Shown one piece after another: positions 25,444-38,275 of a stretch of DNA of 64,000 nt (positions are counted from its first letter, which is position 1; the number at the start of each line of letters is the position of its first letter). The position numbers and the translations under genes are program-made. Below the pieces are notes generated by a model. It did not search any database. It was not told where the DNA came from and saw only the letters and a program-made list of their open reading frames with translations. Source of the DNA: Haliotis rubra (lineage: Eukaryota); the NCBI RefSeq assembly GCF_003918875.1, contig NW_025765225.1, forward strand, positions 1,550,001-1,614,000, written 5' to 3'.

Positions 25444-25619
25444 GAGTGAGTATGGTTTAACACCGCTTTTAGGAATATTCCAGCAATATAACGTCGGGGA
25501 AGGGGGGGGGGGGGGACAAGAAATGGGCTTCACTCATTGTACCTCATGTGGGGAATCAAACCCGGGTTTTCGGGCATTACGAGCGGATCCTTTGACCACT
25601 AGGTTACCCCACCGCCCCT
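25444..25619 (-). mobile_element. SINE family A
   Basis: Reverse complement of consensus, with an expanded G-run. Confidence 0.85.
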
Positions 25620-26187
25620 CCAGCTGCATGACTGTATATGATGGACTCAACAAGTGCAGTTACATAAGGATAAACAATCACTGGATTGTCTGGTCCAGAC
25701 TCGATTATGTACAGACCATCGTCATACAGCTGCAATGTTCCTGAGTGCAGCGTTAAACTAAGAAACAAAATGTTCCAACTCACAATAGCATAGCTAGCCC
25801 CAACGCCAGCAGAAAAGAATAATTTATAACACATATGTTTCGAAACAATATGAACTGAGTACCGCTAGGCAACAAATCTATTCGACATCCACCCTGCTCT
25901 GGTGCAATCTTAGTCGAACATAACAGAAGAACTATATATTTAATGATTCCATGCTGAAGAGATTGTCAGCTAAATATACATGAAACTTGTTTAATGATTT
26001 AAACAATGATATTAGGCGTTACTGATCAATAGTAGAATATGAAAAATTGTAATTTAAAAAAAATGGAAACAACATGGAAGCAATAAGCTAACTTAAGATG
26101 ATAACCTTTTGTAAATATGTAAGCTATACAGCAACCCGAACATTTAAATATATCTCATGGTCATCTCACAAAAATAGATAACCTTAC

Positions 26188-26265
26188 CTTGAAGCGGACA
26201 ATAAGTCACAACGGTCCTAACAGTGGGATATGTGGACGTGACTGAAGCCGGACTTGTAGAAGCAC
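26188..26265 (-). other. Candidate non-coding first exon of the EH-like gene
   Basis: Strong donor AAG|GTAAGG at 26188/26187 in non-repetitive sequence ~4.2 kb upstream of the acceptor; 5' end is a guess. Confidence 0.4.
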
Positions 26266-26842
26266 TGCCTTATGACAAACTAATACGCCCTCACAGTTCT
26301 CTGGCTGAAATACGTGTCAGGCAATAGCCTTCTTACGTTAGCTCTATCACTATAGGTTCTTATGAACATGGCCCTCCCACGATGACATTGGGTTATCGCG
26401 CTCTTATTCAGAACTGCCGTGTTGGGCAAAAGGGAATGTTACATCCTAGGCTCAATTCCATTTGCTTTAGATGCAGATGCCAGAGGAATTGGTCTTGTTA
26501 CCATTAAATACTTAACCGAAAACCAAATCCTTTTACAGGCGATTTTTCTTTCGTTGGTATATTTTTATGTGTTTTTACTGTTCAGTTTCTCCCACAACAC
26601 TGTTTCTACCCACTTTGCGTCTTGCTCAAGGTAATGTGTCTTTGGAATAAACTATTCTTAATTGTTTGAAGTGGGCTCTTCAGACAAGAACAGTAATTTA
26701 CCTCTCCCGTATTTAAGGCGAGCACGTTAAAGTTTTTGATAGACTTTATTCAAGTCGAGGTTCGAACGTGCTACACACATCTGAAGCATAAGTTATATTT
26801 TAATGCATTTGCCAAGACTCTACATATCTGCAGTAGCAAAAT

Positions 26843-27087
26843 TGAGTGAGTGAATGAGTGAGCGAGTTTAGTTTTACGCCGGTTTCATTCAGCAATACTC
26901 CAGCTATATGGCGGCGGTCTGTAAATAATCGAGTCTGGACCAGACAATCCAGTGATCAGCAATGTGAGCATCTAATCTGCGCAATTGGGATATGATGACA
27001 CGATCAACCAAGTCAGCGAGCCTGACCACCCGATCCCTGATCTTACGACAAACATGGGTTACTGAAGACCCACTCTAACCCGGATCA
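26843..27087 (-). mobile_element. SINE-like family B
   Basis: (GAGT)n tail, GTCTGGACCAGACAATCCAGTGATCA body, CTTACGACAAACATGGGTTACTGAAGACC head. Confidence 0.85.
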
Positions 27088-27093
27088 AGTAAA

Positions 27094-27545
27094 ATGTGGT
27101 GTAGCCCCCTTTAGAATTGAAACTGGTCGTTATGAAAATATTGTTTCAGAAAATAGGATATGTTTTAAATGTCTTAATGATATTGAAGATGAAGCACATG
27201 TATTGTTTCACTGTGTATTATGTGACGATATCAGGGTGTTACTTTTAAATGATTGTGTTAATGTATGTCCAGATTGTTTAGATAAACCTGATATCGATAA
27301 ATTATGTATTATATTCAACAATCCTAATCTTTGTTATGTTTTAGCCAAAATTTGAGTTTTAATCCTCAACAGAAGGAAACCACTTTTTTATGCTTAATAA
27401 TGTTCTGATATGTTTTATGTTTTTAGAATGATTTTTGTCTCATAATTCTCTTTTGAATTTTTCTGTACATTTTACTCTTTTGAATGTTTGTAAATATCAA
27501 TTGAACGTACAGAAGTGAGACGTAAATATACTACTGTCTGTCAGA
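27094..27545 (+). mobile_element. Non-LTR retrotransposon 3' end (CR1- or RTE-X-like zinc-knuckle C-terminus)
   Basis: CGVAPFRIETGRYENIVSENRICFKCLNDIEDEAHVLFHCVLCDDIR, followed by an AT-rich 3' UTR. Confidence 0.75.
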
Positions 27546-27752
27546 GTGAGTGAGTGAGTTTAGTTTTCAGCCGCACTCAACAATATTCCAGCTATATGGC
27601 GGCGGTCTGCAAATAATCGAGTCTGGACCAGACAATCCAGTGATCAACAGCATGAACATCGATCTGCACAATAGGGAACCGATGACTTGTGTCAACCAAG
27701 TCAGCGAGCCTGACCACCCGATCCCGTTAGTCGCCTCTTACGACAAGCATAG
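27545..27752 (-). mobile_element. SINE-like family B
   Basis: Near-consensus body through GTCGCCTCTTACGACAAGCAT. Confidence 0.9.
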
Positions 27753-28096
27753 TCGAAACCCACATGAATTACAGGATGTACGAGCCTTTAGATGTAGCAA
27801 GCAATCTTCTCCTGTAACGATGACGTTGGAAAATGAGACCTGCACATCCTCGTATTCAAGAAATGTTTGTACTTGTCCTCACAATTACATGTTGTCGCTT
27901 TTCATACATCATATGGATTAACACATTCTGGTGATTCATCCAGTGTGAAGAGATATTATTCACAGCTATACGGGATGAGGTACTTGTCACTCAATATCCT
28001 TCCGTGGGTATACGTAACTCCAACACCGTACGTGCTTTGTACCGTGACCTCAACTACCAGAACACAGTTATCACTTGTTACTGGTCTGAAGAAGTG

Positions 28097-28440
28097 GACC
28101 CGAGAAGATCCGGGTTAGAATTGATCTTCAGTGGCCCATGCTTGTCGTAAGAGGCGACAAATGGAATCGGGTGGTCAGGCTCGCTGACTTGGTTGAAACG
28201 TGTCCTCGTATTCCAATTGCGTAGATCGATCCTCTGTTGATCACTGGATTGTCTAGATCAAATGAAGTCGAAACTGTACGCTTTTAGCAGAGATTACGCG
28301 AATACCCTGAGTTTCGGTTTATAATTCACAAATGTTTCACCACTCTTTTCTTTTTACACCTGTCTGGTCCAGACTTGATTATTTACAGATCGCCGCCTTA
28401 TAGCTGGAATATTGTTGAGTGCGGCGTTAAACAACAACCC
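28097..28440 (+). mobile_element. SINE-like family B, interrupted by a ~100-bp insertion (~28256-28360)
   Basis: GACCCGAGAAGATCCGGGTTAGAATTGATCTTCAG...; body resumes at TGTCTGGTCCAGAC and ends GCGGCGTTAAACAACAAC. Confidence 0.85.
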
Positions 28441-28534
28441 TCAACCCAAGAGATAAATCTCCCCGTCGGCAATCAGCACCCTTCGTATTACGTATCCCGT
28501 ATGTCCAAGCAGTCAGCCACCAGATAAGATGAGG

Positions 28535-28889
28535 TGAGGTGAAATTGGGTTTTACGTCGTGCTTGAGAATATTTCCTCATATGACGACGTGCATGCGTGT
28601 GTATGTGTATGTGTATGTGCGGCTGCTTGTACTAGCCCAGACTTAAGCTGGTTTTATAGTGCTAGCCCACTGAGATACCATGCCGCAGTGAAGCATGAAT
28701 ACCCCACTCAGACACATTATACTGACTCCGAGCCGACCAGTCCTTGCTGTACCCATTAATGCCGAGCGCCAGGCAGGGACCAACAAGTACCATATTTTAA
28801 CGTCTTTTGGTATGACGGGGTCGGTGATCGAACCCGTGACCTTCCGCTCTCCGGGCGGACGCTCTAACCACTACACCACGGAGGCGGTC
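28535..28889 (-). mobile_element. tRNA-derived SINE, distinct family (CORE-SINE-like)
   Basis: Minus strand CCGCCTCCGTGGTGTAGTGGTTAGAGCG...GGTTCGATCACC, then CATACCAAAAGACGTTAAAATATGGTACTTGTTGGTCCCTGCCTGGCGCTCGGCATT. Confidence 0.75.
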
Positions 28890-28894
28890 CACCA

Positions 28895-29700
28895 GATAAG
28901 ACGACTCCCTCAGCAGCAAGCAGGTATAGACTTTCTGTTCCAGAAAGGCAAGTACATCCAAAACCCCCTCCAAGCCACAGACAAACCCCCATCAACAACA
29001 AAAGAAGACTCCACAGGAGTAGTCTATCAGATCCATTGCAAATGTGGAGACTCTTATACAGGTGAAACGTCTCGCCATCTCCCACTACGAATTAAGAGCA
29101 ACAAAACTTCAGTCCAGAAAAAAAGACTCCAAATCCGCCACAGCACCACACCCAAGCCAACCCTGACCATGCCATCCTTTGGGACAACATCCACATCCTG
29201 GAAACCAACCGAGCAGACTACAAGATTAGGAAACTTCTTGAAGCCATAAAATTTCAACCCCTCAACCCCACCATGAACCGTGATCAAGGTTATTTTATCT
29301 CCTCGGCCTATCACCACCTAATTAAAGATCACCAGTAATCCACCCATACCTTGTCCAATTGGCTTCCATGCTCCCTTTTGTGCATTGTAATCACAACCAA
29401 TCAATGTGTACATCAACCTACTCTCTTCAACTCACGATTACAATCTCAGTGTACATCAACTCATCTATTGTATAAACTCATTCTGCATATTGTTTTAATC
29501 ACTACTATTCTGCCCAAATCATTAATTAGCACCCAGTGTATATCAACCTTGTCAGTTGTATATACTCACTGCGCAGCTATGTATGTATTGTCCTTGTTAC
29601 ACCATTTTGTATCACTTGCTTAATAACGGTGTTAGTACCTACACCGAAACGTCGCACTCATTGCAATTAAGATGTTGACTGTCCATAGAACTTGATTTTC
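28895..29700 (+). mobile_element. Penelope-like element 3' fragment (frameshifted GIY-YIG plus pLTR)
   Basis: GVVYQIHCKCGDSYTGETSRHLPLRIKS; later frames give HAILWDNIHIL, RKLLEA, MNRDQG; hammerhead-like motif downstream. Confidence 0.85.
29617..29656 (+). ncRNA. Degenerate hammerhead-like motif in the Penelope pLTR
   Basis: TGC TTAATAA C GGTGT..ACACC GAAAC GTC GCA; stem II intact, CUGANGA core mutated. Confidence 0.5.
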
Positions 29701-30463
29701 CAACAACCAATCAAATCCTTTTACACCGAATGGAATCTCGTGAGGTAATCAAGACGCATTGACGCTTCCTATTTATGATTTATAGAAAACGGGATTGTCA
29801 CTGTTTATTATAATGATGTGGCTTTGTATCAAAAGATTCCCAGCAAGATCGCCCGGATGTAGAATTTTCTAGAGTATGGAGGTGTAAGTTGTATGTACCT
29901 ATTGCACGAACAATATATTAATCTGACGCTACTAAATTCACGGCAACGTTCAGAATAAGAATTACACACATTTTGGCATTTTCTTCAAAGAAAGGGACTG
30001 GCGAAAAATGTTGTCATCTTTGATGAACTGGTAAATACTGCTACTGTCATTAAGATTTCACACTAACTAGAATATTTCCGCTTTCATTTGCCGCATAGCC
30101 TTTGCGCGTTGAACGTAGACAAAAGGCGGTACTACGAGTCGCATATTAGTTGATGGTCTTTCGCTTTGATCTCGTCGCCATTACTGATAGAATAACACAC
30201 AAATTAGATGTTGCAGCATGTACGTACCACTAAGTGATAGATGAAACAAAGGATCATCGCCGAAGGCATGCTTATGCTCATACCTTTATAGCAGTAAAAG
30301 GACATGCGTAGTAATTCTGTGTTGCTGTATGAATGTCAGACTTTGTCGTTTGAAGTTTCAGATTTGGGTTCAGTGTTGTCTAATTACCAGCTGTTCCTTC
30401 ATCCTGCTGAGGAGATGTACTTCAACAGTACATTTTTTTTCTGCACTGTTACATGCTATATTT

Positions 30464-30652
30464 TGGATTACACTTCCTCAGGAAAGTACAGATTCTAGTG
30501 CTTGTTTTGGGTTTAGCTGGCGAATGAGGTACCTTACTCGGAGACTTATGGTTCGAATCCCGAACGAGACTCAACCTAAAACGAATTTGCGAATCCGTAC
30601 CTTACTGAGAAAGTATAATCCCAAGTTGCATTTGACCACTTTCTAAAGGTAA
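30464..30652. mobile_element. SINE family C fragments in inverted arrangement
   Basis: GGATTACACTTCCTCAGGAAAGTACAGATTC ... GAATCCGTACCTTACTGAGAAAGTATAATCC; B box GGTTCGAATCC. Confidence 0.6.
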
Positions 30653-30686
30653 CAGTGTATTCAACACAACGTTGTGTTTATTACAC

Positions 30687-31060
30687 AAGGGCTGGCACGG
30701 GGCCAAATTTTTTACTCGGGTATCCAACGCCCAATTACCCTACCTTACCCTACCCGGATATCCGTTATGCTAATTCCTGACATTAAATTTGCAAGAAATG
30801 GCAATATATCCTTGAGCTCGGAGGCTAATATTTCGTGTTGTTCAATACCTTAACTATGTATTATATTCAAAAGAACAGAAAGAACTGTCTGTCTAAATCT
30901 TCAGACGACACACAACATTTTAATCATGAAAGAATAACATATTACATTTGTTTAATCTATTAGTCACATGATCAAATCGGGTCCGGGTATTGAGACGGGT
31001 ACCCGAGTCTAACTCATTACCCACCCGTCCCGGGTATCCGGGTTACCCGTCCCAGCCCTA
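30687..31060. mobile_element. hAT-family MITE
   Basis: TIRs AGGGCTGGCACGGG / CCCGTCCCAGCCCT; 8-bp TSD TATTACAC / TATTCCAC; subterminal CGGGTA/TACCCG motifs. Confidence 0.85.
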
Positions 31061-31809
31061 TATTCCACGCATGTGACACGTATCTTGGTACAGTTGTGTA
31101 TTTCTAAATAGAAACACACAACACTGTTGACATTCAAAACAGTCATTTTGTCCATGATAAACAACAACACCTGCTATTGTTTGCATTCCTGACATTAGTA
31201 AATAGCTTCTGACGCTGAACGCAAATATACAAACCCATTGAAAGCACATATATATGATAGAAATCCAATCAAATCGTGAACAAGTATAGCTGGTGGGAAG
31301 AGTTGGACTTCCTACACATTGCAGCTGTTAAGTAATCGTTGATCATACCATATCAATGCAACTTCGACAGTCGTCAAGTGCAGTTAGTACTGAAGTAGTC
31401 CCATTAGTTAGAATCTCCAATGACCACTTTGTGCCCGGCCACTTAGTCCAGAGCGTGCTCCGCCATTAACTGTGCTCGCCACACTCGTTTACACAACCCA
31501 CAGCCATACTCTAATGATTGGGTTGTACAAACGTTTGTTCCTCTCTCGTTGGTTACAAACTACTTACAGATGAATAATGGGCCTTTGAGGAAGAGGTTAG
31601 ACATATTTTCTTTGTGAGATGTTTACATTTATTTTAGTTTCAGTAAATTTATTAATCCATGTTGTTATATTATGTTTCTTAGATGTATAAGAGAATAATA
31701 CATTTATTTGGTGTTTCCCTCCTGAAACATATCCAGTGGCGTGCAAGAGGCAAATTCCAAGGGCGTGAGAAGATGACATGTATATAAACGGATAACTGAA
31801 AATGATTGT

Positions 31810-33620
31810 GAGGGTGTTCCCGAAAATGGTTAGAAAGCCGCCCACACAAAATGTAGGTGTTTACCGGAGCCCTGACAACAATACGTCTGTCATACGACTG
31901 TGTGTTGCCCTGCAACCAATCTGGTCTTGACCAATCATATGATGGACCAGACAGTCCATGGATACCATAATGCAATCAGTGACTTTGTTGTAAATAAGAA
32001 CCAAAGTAAACAAAATAGAGACAACTCATCAGCATAATGTATAAAATGCCATTATTTTTTAATGACACACACATTCGTGTACTGTGAATATATTCAATGT
32101 GTATCACGGCATGAAACTTGTACGAACTACATATAATACGGTATCTGTACAGTTCAGTGTGTTAGTAAATGTGTGTCTCAATGGACAAACAGAATCTTAA
32201 TCTGAATACTAGAATCTGTTCAGTTTTGATTTACAGTTCTCTCATCTAAATGAATGACTATTTATCGTTTTCTATAAAACAGATTTTCAGTAATTTGCTT
32301 TTTACGTCCAATGGAATCGGTTTCGGATCATAATCGTGACTGATTATTCTCTGACAGTGACGTTTGGCATTTCATAACTTTGTTTTTAGGTAATGCTTTG
32401 AGCAAGAAAGGTCGTCCAAAATTAAGATAATCTCATTCCTAACATCCTTAATTGCTGTTATGTATAAAGAGTTGGAGGATTTATTGTCGATCTGGATCTA
32501 GGAGACATCAGAAAAGAAAAGATTTTGCGAAGACAACAGAAATTCGTTTGATCAACATTAAATTTTCAGTTAAAAGCAATCAAATGTAAAGTCACCTCAA
32601 ATAAAAGTTTTTATGAATATGTTATATTAGACATGAAATACGATACTTATTAGCAATATGTCTACTTATTTCGAAGACGCTGCTTCTGTAAATCGGTAGA
32701 GTTATCAGTTATAAACCCTATTCCAATAATATCTTCAACAAGGACGCAAACATAAAACCTTTGGAATCGAACTAAACCTAAACCATTTGACGATTGAACA
32801 CTTTAACATATCGGCCGTTCTGACACCATAAAGCAGGCAACAAACATCTGCAGGCATATACAGTCTATATTATATTTACATATTATTTCATTATGCTATA
32901 ACTAAATACACCCTCACAAAGAACAGTAAATGACGATGTATATGCAATGCAAGTGAATGTATATACAATATAGATATGTGTGTCTGAATTTGGATTGCTG
33001 CTTTGTAGCATTATCTCAATGCAGGAGAAAACCAAATATGACACGTACCTGAAAGTGTCCGTGTTTCTTTGAGTAAATAATCGACTTGCCTGTGCATGTG
33101 TTTGTGACGTTTACCATCGATGGGCAAGGATGCACTGACCTGGTACCAATAGTTTGGTGAAAGTGGTTCATAAACACATGATCATGTGATTCGGAAACGT
33201 ACAAAAGACTCTAATGGATTTCTTATGAGTATGGAAAGGCCTTTGTTGCTTCTATTCACACATATTACACATACGGGAAAGCGAAACATGAGAAATCCTA
33301 CTGTATAACCAGAAAGAGTCATGGTCTGTGGCATTACCGTAGTAAATATGTGCAGCCGTACTGCCATAGATGCCTGTGATCAAAGTCGACGCTAAGTGAT
33401 AACGTATTAAATGCTCATCGAACAATGAATATCCGACAATAGATCCATCAGCAGTCATCAGTCAGTCATTGCAAGCACCTGTTACATTACGTTCGTGACA
33501 ACCCTTTGATGCTTCTGGAGGGGATGGTCGTATGAAGTATCATTATATCTAAATTTGTGAATAGTGTGTTACCTGTTGCTCCAAATATATCTTTTTTATT
33601 GTACAAGGGCGTCTGAACTG
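31810..33620 (-). pseudogene. Probable decayed rhodopsin-family (FMRFamide/dmsr-like peptide receptor group) GPCR pseudogene
   Basis: Collinear frameshifted motifs: TM1 IFGATGNTL (~33562-33588), TM2 VLAMTD/LMTA (~33461-33478), TM3 HDSFWL/TVGFLMFRF (~33278-33323), TM4 VFCTFPNHM (~33183-33209), TM7/helix 8 VNTYILCGRLSNHFRE (~31817-31864). Confidence 0.5.
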
Positions 33621-33799
33621 TTTGAGATATATTTACCAGGAGGAGTGGTTGATTTTCTGTAAATGTTTTTAAGTGACTGTTGAACACAACACAGCCATGC
33701 ATGAGTATATGTTGACCTCTGTTAACTCTCAACATGTTATATCATGTAACCACGAGTGAAATAAAGGTCAGTTCAGGTGATCTCGGTTATCATCACAGC

Positions 33800-34430
33800 T
33801 CCGCAGATCTACACGGATCATAGGAAATGTACCGCTGGAGATCTAAATGGGTTGTATGTAATGTACCGCTGTATAGCTACAACGATTGTGGGTAATGTAC
33901 CGCTGTAGATCTACATGGATTGTAGGTAATGTACCGCTGGAGATCTACATGGATTGTAGGCAATGTACCGCTGGAGATCTAAATGGGTTGTAGGTAATGT
34001 ACCGCTGGAGATCTACATGGATTGTGTGTAATGTACCGCTGGAGATCTACATGGATTGTAGGCAATGTACCGCTGGAGATCTACATGGGTTGTCGGTAAT
34101 GTACCGCTGTAGATCTACATGGATTGTGGGTAATGTACCGCTTCAGATCTATTCTGATTGTAGGTAATGTACCGCTTCAGGTCTACATGGATTGTAGGTT
34201 ATGTACCGCTTCAGGTCTACATGGATTGTGGGTAATGTACCGCTGTAGGTCTACATGGATTGTGGGTAATGTACCGCTGTAGATCTACATGGATTGTGGG
34301 TAATGTACCGCTTCAGATCTACATGGGTTGTAGGTAATACACCGCTTCAGGTCTACATGCATTGTCGGTCTATATGGGTTGTAGGTGATGTACCGCTGCA
34401 GATCTATACTGATTGTAGGTGATGTTCCAG
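33800..34430. repeat. Minisatellite, 34-bp unit, ~18 copies
   Basis: GTACCGCTGGAGATCTACATGGATTGTAGGTAAT. Confidence 0.95.
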
Positions 34431-35261
34431 CGCAAATGTTCATCAGTTGTCTGTAGTTTACCGGTTAAGACCAACATGTTTAGCTACAATGTACTGATGA
34501 AGATCAAAATGGGTTGTAGGGAATCTGTTATCTTCCAGTAACAAGATGTATATGTGCTATGACTCCTCCTTTTCCTTTTAGATTTAAAGGTAACTGTTGC
34601 TGAGTGGTTATGGTGGATCATGTGTGCCTCAAAAGATAGACTCGTAATGAATCGATAATGAATCATTTCTAAGTCCCTTTTGTTTTGCCTTGCCACCGAT
34701 TATGATACAACGCCAATTTAGTTTAGCCACCTGCTTTGTACCAATACGCGGACCAACGACGCCAAGCTCCCCAATTCTGTGTTCGAACTGGTCTGTTATA
34801 CACAGAGTGATCGATATCTAAGTCCATATACTCACGATCGTCCAGTCATGAGCACCGTTACCTTGAGTATATATCGTGACTACCGATGCATGAACTATAC
34901 CCTGCTAACACAAGTTTAGAAGAGTAATTACACAGGTAAGGATTGACTACACTTTCAAGAATATTATCAAGATTATCACTTAATCAGCTCTCAGCCAGTT
35001 ATGGAAATTGGAGTTCGAAGTTCACTTGAGATTAATATGAGCTGACCAGACAGAGACGTAAAGTAATTACCTGACATATTATGGGTGGCTGAAACACTCT
35101 GAGCCAAATTATACTAGACAGTGTTGATGGAGATGGCTGATAAATATTCTTCAACAACATTCCCTCAGACACATAGAATCCCCACAACTGTGACCTAGTG
35201 CTGGATCATTCTGGTGTAGAAGGCTTCCTTCTACTGATGTAAACGTCCTCCACACCAGGAG

Positions 35262-35423
35262 AGAGTGAATGTATTTTTACGCCGCTTTTAGCAATTTTCC
35301 AGCAATATCACGGCGGGGGATACCAGAAATGGGTTTCACACTTTGTACCCATGTGGGGAATCAAACCAGGGTCTTCGGCGTGACGAGCAAACGCTTTAAC
35401 CACTACGCTACCCGACCGCCCCC
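35262..35423 (-). mobile_element. SINE family A
   Basis: Reverse complement of consensus. Confidence 0.85.
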
Positions 35424-36848
35424 TCCACATCAGGAATGACGTTGTCATCATTTGCAAAAAGTTTGACAGATACGTCCGGTGACTGATATCACGAGCATCG
35501 ATGTATCCTATCAGGGCACGATGACTCAGGCACTGGTGAATTATACTTGTGGAACAAAATTGCTTCAATAAGTGTTCACTACGTTGCAATTCTTACGTAG
35601 TTTTCTAGGCAAATTAGTACGATAACAGTCATTGATGGTCTGACCTGGGCCCTGCCAACAACAGGGTTTAATTTGGAATCCCAGAAAACCGAAGTTAATT
35701 GAACAGACTTTTTTTTCTTCTTCGGAGACGATTTTCAAAAGCTGCTGTTTAATCTCTGGCTGTTGGCGGTGAAGCAAAGACCTTTTCATGATTGCAAACC
35801 ATTCAACAACATAACTTGTATCCACATAAAAATGACGTGAATTCTCACGAGAGATAAAGAAGCTGAAGCGGTGCTGATCAGGAGTCAGAAACCACTCTCG
35901 TGGCTATGTGACATGTGGTGAGTCGTTGATCAACCGTAACCATACCAACATCTTCTGTGGTAAAGCGCTTAATGGATCGTTCAGGTGGAAAATATTTCAA
36001 ATATTTTGACTCCACTTGTATCCTTATATCGTTAACTTGAAAATCTGTATTGCTTTATTTGCAAGATTTAGAAAGCTTTGAATGAAATTTTAAAAACGAT
36101 TTCAATTACATGAATTATACTTGAAACTAAAATACTCTACTTTGTGAGAACAGATGTTAAAATCCTAATCTGTTTAACGTAAATGTTCACTTATACGTGA
36201 CACAAATGTCACCGGTATGGCGTTATTATTCCTTGCTGTGGAGTTATGATTCGTGGTGAATTATTAGTTTTACCCACACGGGTTATAAATCAATGGCTTG
36301 TTCGTGAGCTGTTCTCTCTGACTGAGTATGAAGTACTAATAATTAGTGTCAGAGAATGTACATGAATTGACAAAGGGACTGGAAAGAAAATAGAGGCTGG
36401 ATCTACTCTTGCACCTGTTCCAACATTTCATCAAATAAATAAACACAACAAGATGTACCAGTTAATTTTAATTTATGGCAGAAAACAATACTTAATCTTT
36501 AAAAAGTGTTTGGTTTCAAACAAGAGAAACTTTGATCTTGGTCGTTTACATGGGATATGACTCTAAAGACCTAAAATCTTCATTGATGGATGTTTGTTGT
36601 GTTGCACTTGTCTAAAACAAACGATATAATTGCTGCCTGACCGTAGGTAAATTAAAATGTGAAAAACTGTTTACGACGCTTTGTAACACGAAGTTTTATT
36701 TGCAGCATTATGATTGATTTCAATATAACTCAATCATTTGAGTATTTCGGTATGTTTTGTCGTGTCACATGTATCCTAAATATTCTGAAATATAAAGAGA
36801 CAAAACTAAATATATTGAACACGAAAACAGTGTATAATTAACGTTCTG

Positions 36849-36956
36849 TGTCCACTTGCACGAAGTGGATCCTAGCACTGCGACTATCGCAACTCCCATC
36901 CGTTACCAAAGGCTTACGATTGTCGTAGTGCTAAGGCCGCTTTGGGCAAGTGGACC
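36849..36956. mobile_element. Small palindromic MITE (PIF/Harbinger-like)
   Basis: ~45-bp arms GTCCACTTGCACGAAGTGGATCCTAGCACTGCGACTATCGCAA / TTACGATTGTCGTAGTGCTAAGGCCGCTTTGGGCAAGTGGAC; CTG on both flanks. Confidence 0.7.
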
Positions 36957-37864
36957 CTGTCATGCAAATCATTAATATTAGGAATGCTTTGTTTCACATC
37001 AACTTAGAAAGTATCTGTTAATTACAGCCAGGAATCAAATTCTTAAAAAGCGTATTATAACATGAATGTCTTAAGGATAAGGTTGATGCAATTATCACGG
37101 GCGATGGTAATGCATTCGTGCTGAGAATATTTTGTAATGCTTCACTGTGTTTTATCTACGGTACAGGATAACCCTAAACCGCTAATACTACACAAACAAG
37201 GCTAGGTGATCAAAGTTTATTTATACCCATGCCAGACCATTATATTGGTCCCTGAGCATCGGTTTGAATCATTTGCGTGGTAATATCATTACCCAGATTG
37301 AATTACAAAGCAGTCAACATAGAGCTGCCCTGTGGAGAGGTATTGATCTTTAATCACACGCTGTCCTAACTTTAGGCACAAAAGAGTACTTAAAACCTTT
37401 TAGTGTTCGTTAGGTCAAACGCTAAGTCGCTTTCAGGACGTGATCACATGTTGATCGTGGGATACATGTCGGTGAATCAGGTTTGTTCTACAGGGGAAAT
37501 CAGAGTCGGTTTAGAACTTACATTATCACGTTATCTTGTTAAGCCAAACATACACCGGTATGATGGGATGTGGGCAAGAGGGTATCTTTTCTTGAGTCTA
37601 TGAAAATAGACCCGAAAGATCAATATAGAGACAGGAAACTGGTCATCAGATATTATGAATGTGTTTGCTGGATGGGCTGAGGAAAGTTGCCTTAAAGATT
37701 TGTTGATGGTTAATAATTGTCGTTAATAACCTACGCATGACAAGATCCTTTCAATAATCGACATCACAATAACGAAAGCAATAAAATCAATGTCTCTTAA
37801 CCTCATGTATGTATGCATGTATGTACGTATGAGGTTAGGAGAGACTGATTTTACTGCTTTTGTT

Positions 37865-38065
37865 NNNNNNNNNNNNNNNNNNNNNNNNNNNNNNNNNNNN
37901 NNNNNNNNNNNNNNNNNNNNNNNNNNNNNNNNNNNNNNNNNNNNNNNNNNNNNNNNNNNNNNNNNNNNNNNNNNNNNNNNNNNNNNNNNNNNNNNNNNNN
38001 NNNNNNNNNNNNNNNNNNNNNNNNNNNNNNNNNNNNNNNNNNNNNNNNNNNNNNNNNNNNNNNNN
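37865..38065. other. Assembly gap (N run)
   Basis: ~200 N. Confidence 1.
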
Positions 38066-38275
38066 CCGCACTTAACATTTAGCTACATGGCGGCGGTTGT
38101 ACATAATCGAGTCTCGATCAGACGATCCAGTGATCAACATCACGAGTATCGTTCTGCTCAATTAGGATACGATGACATGTGTCAACCAAGTAAGCGAGCC
38201 TCACCACCCGATCCCTTTAGTCCTACAAAGAGCATGTGGGTTGCTGAAGACCAATTCTAACCCATATCTTCACGT
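38066..38275 (-). mobile_element. SINE-like family B abutting the gap
   Basis: Diverged consensus match. Confidence 0.8.

Noticed and set aside
37790-38260. ORFs spanning the N run
   Set aside because: Artefacts of translating the gap
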